Part shown: in pieces, positions 60,188-64,000 of the stretch
Layout: each line of letters starts with the position of its first letter
Numbering within the stretch: the first letter of the stretch is position 1
From: Anaerolineales bacterium
GTDB taxonomy: Bacteria > Chloroflexota > Anaerolineae > Anaerolineales > Villigracilaceae
Assembly (NCBI GenBank): GCA_036385495.1
Contig: DASVKG010000004.1
Span: 12,085 to 76,084, forward strand
Direction: 5' to 3'
DNA length: 64,000 nt
The notes under the pieces: model-generated
What the model was told of the DNA's origin: nothing
Databases searched by the model: none
What the model saw: only the letters and a program-made list of their open reading frames with translations
Program-made: the position numbers and the translations under genes

Positions 60188-61699
60188 TCAATCCTGGGTC
60201 AGTTGATAATTCGGTGCTTCTTTTGTGATGATGACGTCGTGAGGATGGCTTTCAATTAAGCCTGCATTGGTTATGCGCACCAAGCGTGTTTTTGTACGTA
60301 AATCATCCAAAGACTGCGCGCCTGCATATCCCATCCCAGAGCGCAGCCCGCCGACCAACTGGTAAACAAAATCGTGCAATTGACCCTTGAAGGGCACGCG
60401 CCCTTCGATTCCCTCGGGGACAAGTTTTCCACCACCTGCTTTGAGCGATGGAGAAAGACTAGTCTGAGCGCTGGCATAGCGATCCCTTCCATATCCTTGC
60501 AAGGCGCCCAAACTGCCCATCCCACGGTATTCTTTGAACCGCCGTCCTTCAAGCAAAACCACATCACCCGGTGACTCATCCAAACCCGCCAGCAGGCTAC
60601 CAAGCATTACCGTGTCAGCCCCGGCAACGATAGCCTTGATAATATCACCGCTGAACTTGATGCCTCCATCCGCAATTATGGGAATGTTGAATGGTCGGGC
60701 TGCCTGTGAACAAGCATAGATGGCAGACAATTGAGGCATCCCTGCACCAGCAACGACACGTGTCGTGCAAATGGATCCGGCACCGACCCCCACTTTGACA
60801 GCGGCTGCTCCAGCCTCGATCAGCGCCTGTGTGCCTTCAGAAGTAACAATGTTTCCGGCGATGACGGGAAGTATTGACCACTTCTGATGAACCCGGCGGA
60901 TGGCATTCAACACCCCCTTTGAGTGACCGTGAGCAGTGTCTATGACGATCACATCCACACCTGCATCCACAAGATTTCCAACCCGCGTTTCTAGGTCAGC
61001 GCCAACTCCGACAGCCGCCCCTACCAGAAGTCTGCCTCGCTCGTCATGGGCTGCATTGGGATAGTCGCGCTCCTTCTGAATGTCCTTGACTGTCAATAGC
61101 CCTTTTAAATGACCAGCGGCATCCACCAATGGGAGCTTCTCGATGCGATGCTTTTGGAGAATTGCTTTGGCATCCTGGCGTGAAATTCCAACCGGTGCTG
61201 TCACAAGTGGCTGAGGCGTCATAAACTTACTGATGGGTTGGCCAAAATCAGAGGGTTCGACGAAACGGATATCGCGGTTGGTCAAGATACCCACCAATTT
61301 CTTCTCCTGATCCACAATGGGAACACCGCTGATCTTGTAATTAGACATGATGTCTTCCGCCTGCTGCAGTGTCGCGTTCGGGGGAAGAGTAATTGGATCA
61401 GAAATCATACCTGATTGCGAGCGTTTGACCATGTCGACTTCATTGGCCTGTTGTTCCACCGACAGGTTTCGATGGATAATCCCGATGCCGCCTTCGCGCG
61501 CCAATGCAATTGCCAGACGCGCCTCGCTGACAGTATCCATGGCTGCTGAGAGCAGGGGGATATTTAAACGGATATCTGCGGTCAAGCGCGCGGTCACATC
61601 TGCCTCATTGGGCAGGACCTCACTATAAGACGGAACCACCAGAACGTCGTCGAAAGTAAGGGCTTCAGAGGACTGGAAAAGATCCTGATTATTGTCCAT
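60188..61699 (-). CDS. guaB: IMP dehydrogenase
   Basis: TFDDVLVVP, a CBS pair, the catalytic loop [11 protein letters not shown], and GGIKFSGD. Start ATG 61699 with AGGAGA 5 nt upstream. Confidence 0.95.
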   Translation of the reverse strand: MDNNQDLFQSSEALTFDDVLVVPSYSEVLPNEADVTARLTADIRLNIPLLSAAMDTVSEARLAIALAREGGIGIIHRNLSVEQQANEVDMVKRSQSGMISDPITLPPNATLQQAEDIMSNYKISGVPIVDQEKKLVGILTNRDIRFVEPSDFGQPISKFMTPQPLVTAPVGISRQDAKAILQKHRIEKLPLVDAAGHLKGLLTVKDIQKERDYPNAAHDERGRLLVGAAVGVGADLETRVGNLVDAGVDVIVIDTAHGHSKGVLNAIRRVHQKWSILPVIAGNIVTSEGTQALIEAGAAAVKVGVGAGSICTTRVVAGAGMPQLSAIYACSQAARPFNIPIIADGGIKFSGDIIKAIVAGADTVMLGSLLAGLDESPGDVVLLEGRRFKEYRGMGSLGALQGYGRDRYASAQTSLSPSLKAGGGKLVPEGIEGRVPFKGQLHDFVYQLVGGLRSGMGYAGAQSLDDLRTKTRLVRITNAGLIESHPHDVIITKEAPNYQLTQD

Positions 61700-61980
61700 A
61701 TTTCTCCTGTGGGACATCGGAAATGTCCAGACGATTTTACATCAAAAGGGAATGATGTGGGGGCCTTTTTCTACTGCTCGCATTAATACGTGGGCTTTTA
61801 ACAATCAAAATACCTGGATTTCCAGTAATTTCGGTCCACATTTTTGCACATTAGCCTATAAATGGCTTTTGGGAACTTACTTGATAGAAGGAAAGATATG
61901 GGGAGGTTGATGGCAGAAATTGAGGGAAGAAAATGTTGACCCGCGCCTCCCTTCGTGTTAGACTCAATCCTTGACTTTCT

Positions 61981-62577
61981 ATGCGCATTTTGACTATTTC
62001 CCTAATTTTCTGGATGGTTTTGACATCCCTTCATCTGACGCAAACTTCCCAAGTCGGAGACCCGGTCATCGATGAGCCGCGCTCGGGGGGTGTGCTCCAG
62101 GGTGTCGTGGCAATTACCGGGACCAGTGATACAGCCGGGTTTATCTCGGCAGAAATTTCGTTCACTTATACGGATGATCCGACTGGTACCTGGTTCCAGA
62201 TTGCGATTAATAAGCAACCAGTCTCCAACAATACACTGGTGACGTGGGATACAACGATCATAACGGATGGGAATTATGTAATACGGTTGCGTGTTTATCT
62301 GACAGATGGGAGTACCCGCGAGTTTCTCGTTTCGGACTTGCGTGTACGTAATTACTCCCCTGTGGAGACACCTACGCCATCTCCAGTTGCCCCGGAGGCA
62401 ACACCTCTTCCCACGATTACACCAACCGCAATGCCCTTCCCCACACCGACGGTATTGCCGCGCAATCCAGCCACGTTGGCACCAACGGATGTCTCTGTAA
62501 GTATTCTTTATGGAGGGCTGGCGGCAATTTTGACTTTTGTCATTATCGGCATTTATCTCAGGTTGCGACGGAAATAA
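61981..62577 (+). CDS. Secreted, C-terminally membrane-anchored protein with Pro/Thr-rich linker, unknown function
   Basis: Signal-like N-terminus, a beta-rich domain of about 110 aa, a PT-rich linker and a C-terminal TM helix ending RLRRK. Promoter TTGACC-17-TAGACT at 61936-61964. Confidence 0.6.
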   Translation: MRILTISLIFWMVLTSLHLTQTSQVGDPVIDEPRSGGVLQGVVAITGTSDTAGFISAEISFTYTDDPTGTWFQIAINKQPVSNNTLVTWDTTIITDGNYVIRLRVYLTDGSTREFLVSDLRVRNYSPVETPTPSPVAPEATPLPTITPTAMPFPTPTVLPRNPATLAPTDVSVSILYGGLAAILTFVIIGIYLRLRRK

Positions 62578-62579
62578 AT

Positions 62580-63158
62580 ATGAGAGAAACTTATTTGATA
62601 ATCGGCCTAGGTAACCCCGGCCGCGAATACCGCGAAACCCGCCATAATGTTGGTTTCATGCTGTTAGACCGCTTGACGGTCAAGCTTCACGCGCGCTTTT
62701 CCCGACTGCAATCCAAGGCGTTGGTGGCAAGTGCGAACTACCAGGAGCGCAAGATCATCCTTGCCAAGCCGCAGACTTTCATGAATCTTTCCGGTCAGTC
62801 AGTGAAGGGGCTATTGCATTTTTATAAATTACCACTGGAGAATTTGCTGATCGCCCACGATGATCTTGACTTGCCGGTTGGCGCCATCCGCATTCGTCCT
62901 GATGGCAGTTCGGCAGGACAAAAAGGGATGACATCCACCATCGAGCGGCTTGGAACGAACGAGTTTCCACGGTTGCGTCTGGGGATTGGTCGTCCACCCG
63001 GGCAGATGCAAGCTCCGGATTATGTCCTCCAGGAATTCTCAGATGATGACCTGATAACAATCTCCGAGACGCTTAACCGCGCCGTAGAAGCTGCCCTTAC
63101 TTGGGTTACGGATGGGTTGGAGTCGGCAATGAATAAGTATAACGGGATTATTTCTTAG
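62580..63158 (+). CDS. pth: Peptidyl-tRNA hydrolase
   Basis: LIIGLGNPGREYRETRHNVGF, HDDLDLP and the rest of the canonical Pth sequence. Confidence 0.92.
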   Translation: MRETYLIIGLGNPGREYRETRHNVGFMLLDRLTVKLHARFSRLQSKALVASANYQERKIILAKPQTFMNLSGQSVKGLLHFYKLPLENLLIAHDDLDLPVGAIRIRPDGSSAGQKGMTSTIERLGTNEFPRLRLGIGRPPGQMQAPDYVLQEFSDDDLITISETLNRAVEAALTWVTDGLESAMNKYNGIIS

Positions 63159-63224
63159 GGACCGCATTTTTCTCATTCCCAAATTACCTGAAATGGACTT
63201 ACATTTTAGTCCAGTGCCATCATC

Positions 63225-64000
63225 ATGAAATTTCTCCTCGAACAAATTCGTTCCATCCCTGCTTACCAGCATCTTCTGGCTGACCTGCAGACCGGGAAGC
63301 AACTTCCTGGCCTAGCTTTGCCACGCGCGGCGCGTTTGCCCATCCTGGCCGCTCTGAACGAAAACCTAAGACAGCCCATCGTGTTAGTGACCGACCGCGC
63401 CGACCATGCGCTTCAGTTGCACGACGAACTTGCTTTCTGGGCACCGGAAGTCTCCCGATACATTTTCTCCGAGCCAAACCCGCTGTTCTACGAAAACGCC
63501 GCATGGGGTAATGCCACCCGCCGTGAACGCCTGCAAACGCTTACCGCTCTTTCAGCATACCACTTGCCTTTTGTGGAAAAACCGTCCACGCCACCGATCA
63601 TAATAACAACCGCGCGGGCTCTGATGACTCGTACTCTACCTCGGCGGGATTTCCTCAAGGTCAGCAAATTGCTCAAGGCTGGGCAAAGAATCCCGCCGGG
63701 TTCCCTGCTGGAAACTTGGGTGAGCATAGGCTACCAACCTGTTGATACCGTCCTTGAACCGGGACAGTTCTCTCATCGTGGTGGCCTTCTGGATGTGTGG
63801 CCGCAATTTGAACCGCATCCAATCCGCTTGGATTTCTTCGGGGATGAAATTGACGCCCTGCGACGCTTTGACCCAACGTCACAGAGAACCATTGAAAAAA
63901 TTGGATCAATTCTGATTACGCCTGCCCGTGAATTTATCGTGGGGGAAGATGGCCATCCGCCAATCCCTGAAATATCTGAATTTCATATCCCGCTCTTGCA
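63225..64000 (+). CDS. mfd: Transcription-repair coupling factor, N-terminal part (continues beyond the window end)
   Basis: Not in the ORF track because there is no stop in the window. Hand translation gives MKFLLEQIRSIPAYQHLLADL...GGLLDVWP...IRLDFFGDEIDALRRFDPTSQR, the UvrB-homology module of Mfd. The pth-mfd synteny is classical. Confidence 0.8.
   Translation, partial: MKFLLEQIRSIPAYQHLLADLQTGKQLPGLALPRAARLPILAALNENLRQPIVLVTDRADHALQLHDELAFWAPEVSRYIFSEPNPLFYENAAWGNATRRERLQTLTALSAYHLPFVEKPSTPPIIITTARALMTRTLPRRDFLKVSKLLKAGQRIPPGSLLETWVSIGYQPVDTVLEPGQFSHRGGLLDVWPQFEPHPIRLDFFGDEIDALRRFDPTSQRTIEKIGSILITPAREFIVGEDGHPPIPEISEFHIPLL

Overview
Chromosomal window from a moderate-GC bacterium. The gene content points to a thermophilic Chloroflexota/Anaerolineae-like organism: a Flp pilin with a GQGLVEYALIL-type N-terminus, arrays of GT-C membrane glycosyltransferases, TtuA/TtuB, and Opp-type sugar ABC transporters. 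This placement is inference only and has not been checked. I support about 50 protein genes, one tRNA-Val, and several regulatory RNA elements.

Layout, left to right:
- An edge-truncated CapA-like lipoprotein that is missing from the ORF track, then a MenC-type enolase-superfamily enzyme.
- A DegS/DegU-like two-component pair followed by a 53-aa Flp pilin.
- Four translationally coupled GT-C-like membrane proteins.
- An amide-nitrogen block: asnA, aspS, asnS, a long structured RNA, then glnA.
- ttuB-ttuA-yhhQ, then plsC and a lipid kinase.
- A three-gene operon of antiporter-like membrane proteins.
- A coiled-coil protein, selB, an SRAP peptidase and an M23/LysM peptidase, then tRNA-Val.
- A roughly 19-kb beta-glycan utilisation locus: cupin, 2x GH94, GH3, GH2, an Opp-type ABC system, a LacI regulator and a divergent GH130.
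- Housekeeping genes: lipid kinase, AKR, UbiB, rnj, eno, pyrG, Roadblock, guaB, pth, mfd.

Most interesting signals:
1. Two paralogous 26-codon leader peptides packed with Asn/Asp codons. Each sits in a four-segment terminator/antiterminator leader, one upstream of asnA and one upstream of aspS-asnS. This looks like trp-type attenuation keyed to Asn/Asp.
2. A roughly 500-nt tetraloop-rich structured RNA between asnS and glnA. Its colinear motifs recall the glmS ribozyme, but no glmS gene follows it.
3. A perfect CebR/CelR-type palindrome (TTGGGAGCGCTCCCAA) just downstream of a consensus promoter, at the head of the glycan locus.
4. Terminator-type leaders directly upstream of pyrG and rnj.

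I saw no CRISPR array, transposase, integrase or recognisable defence system.
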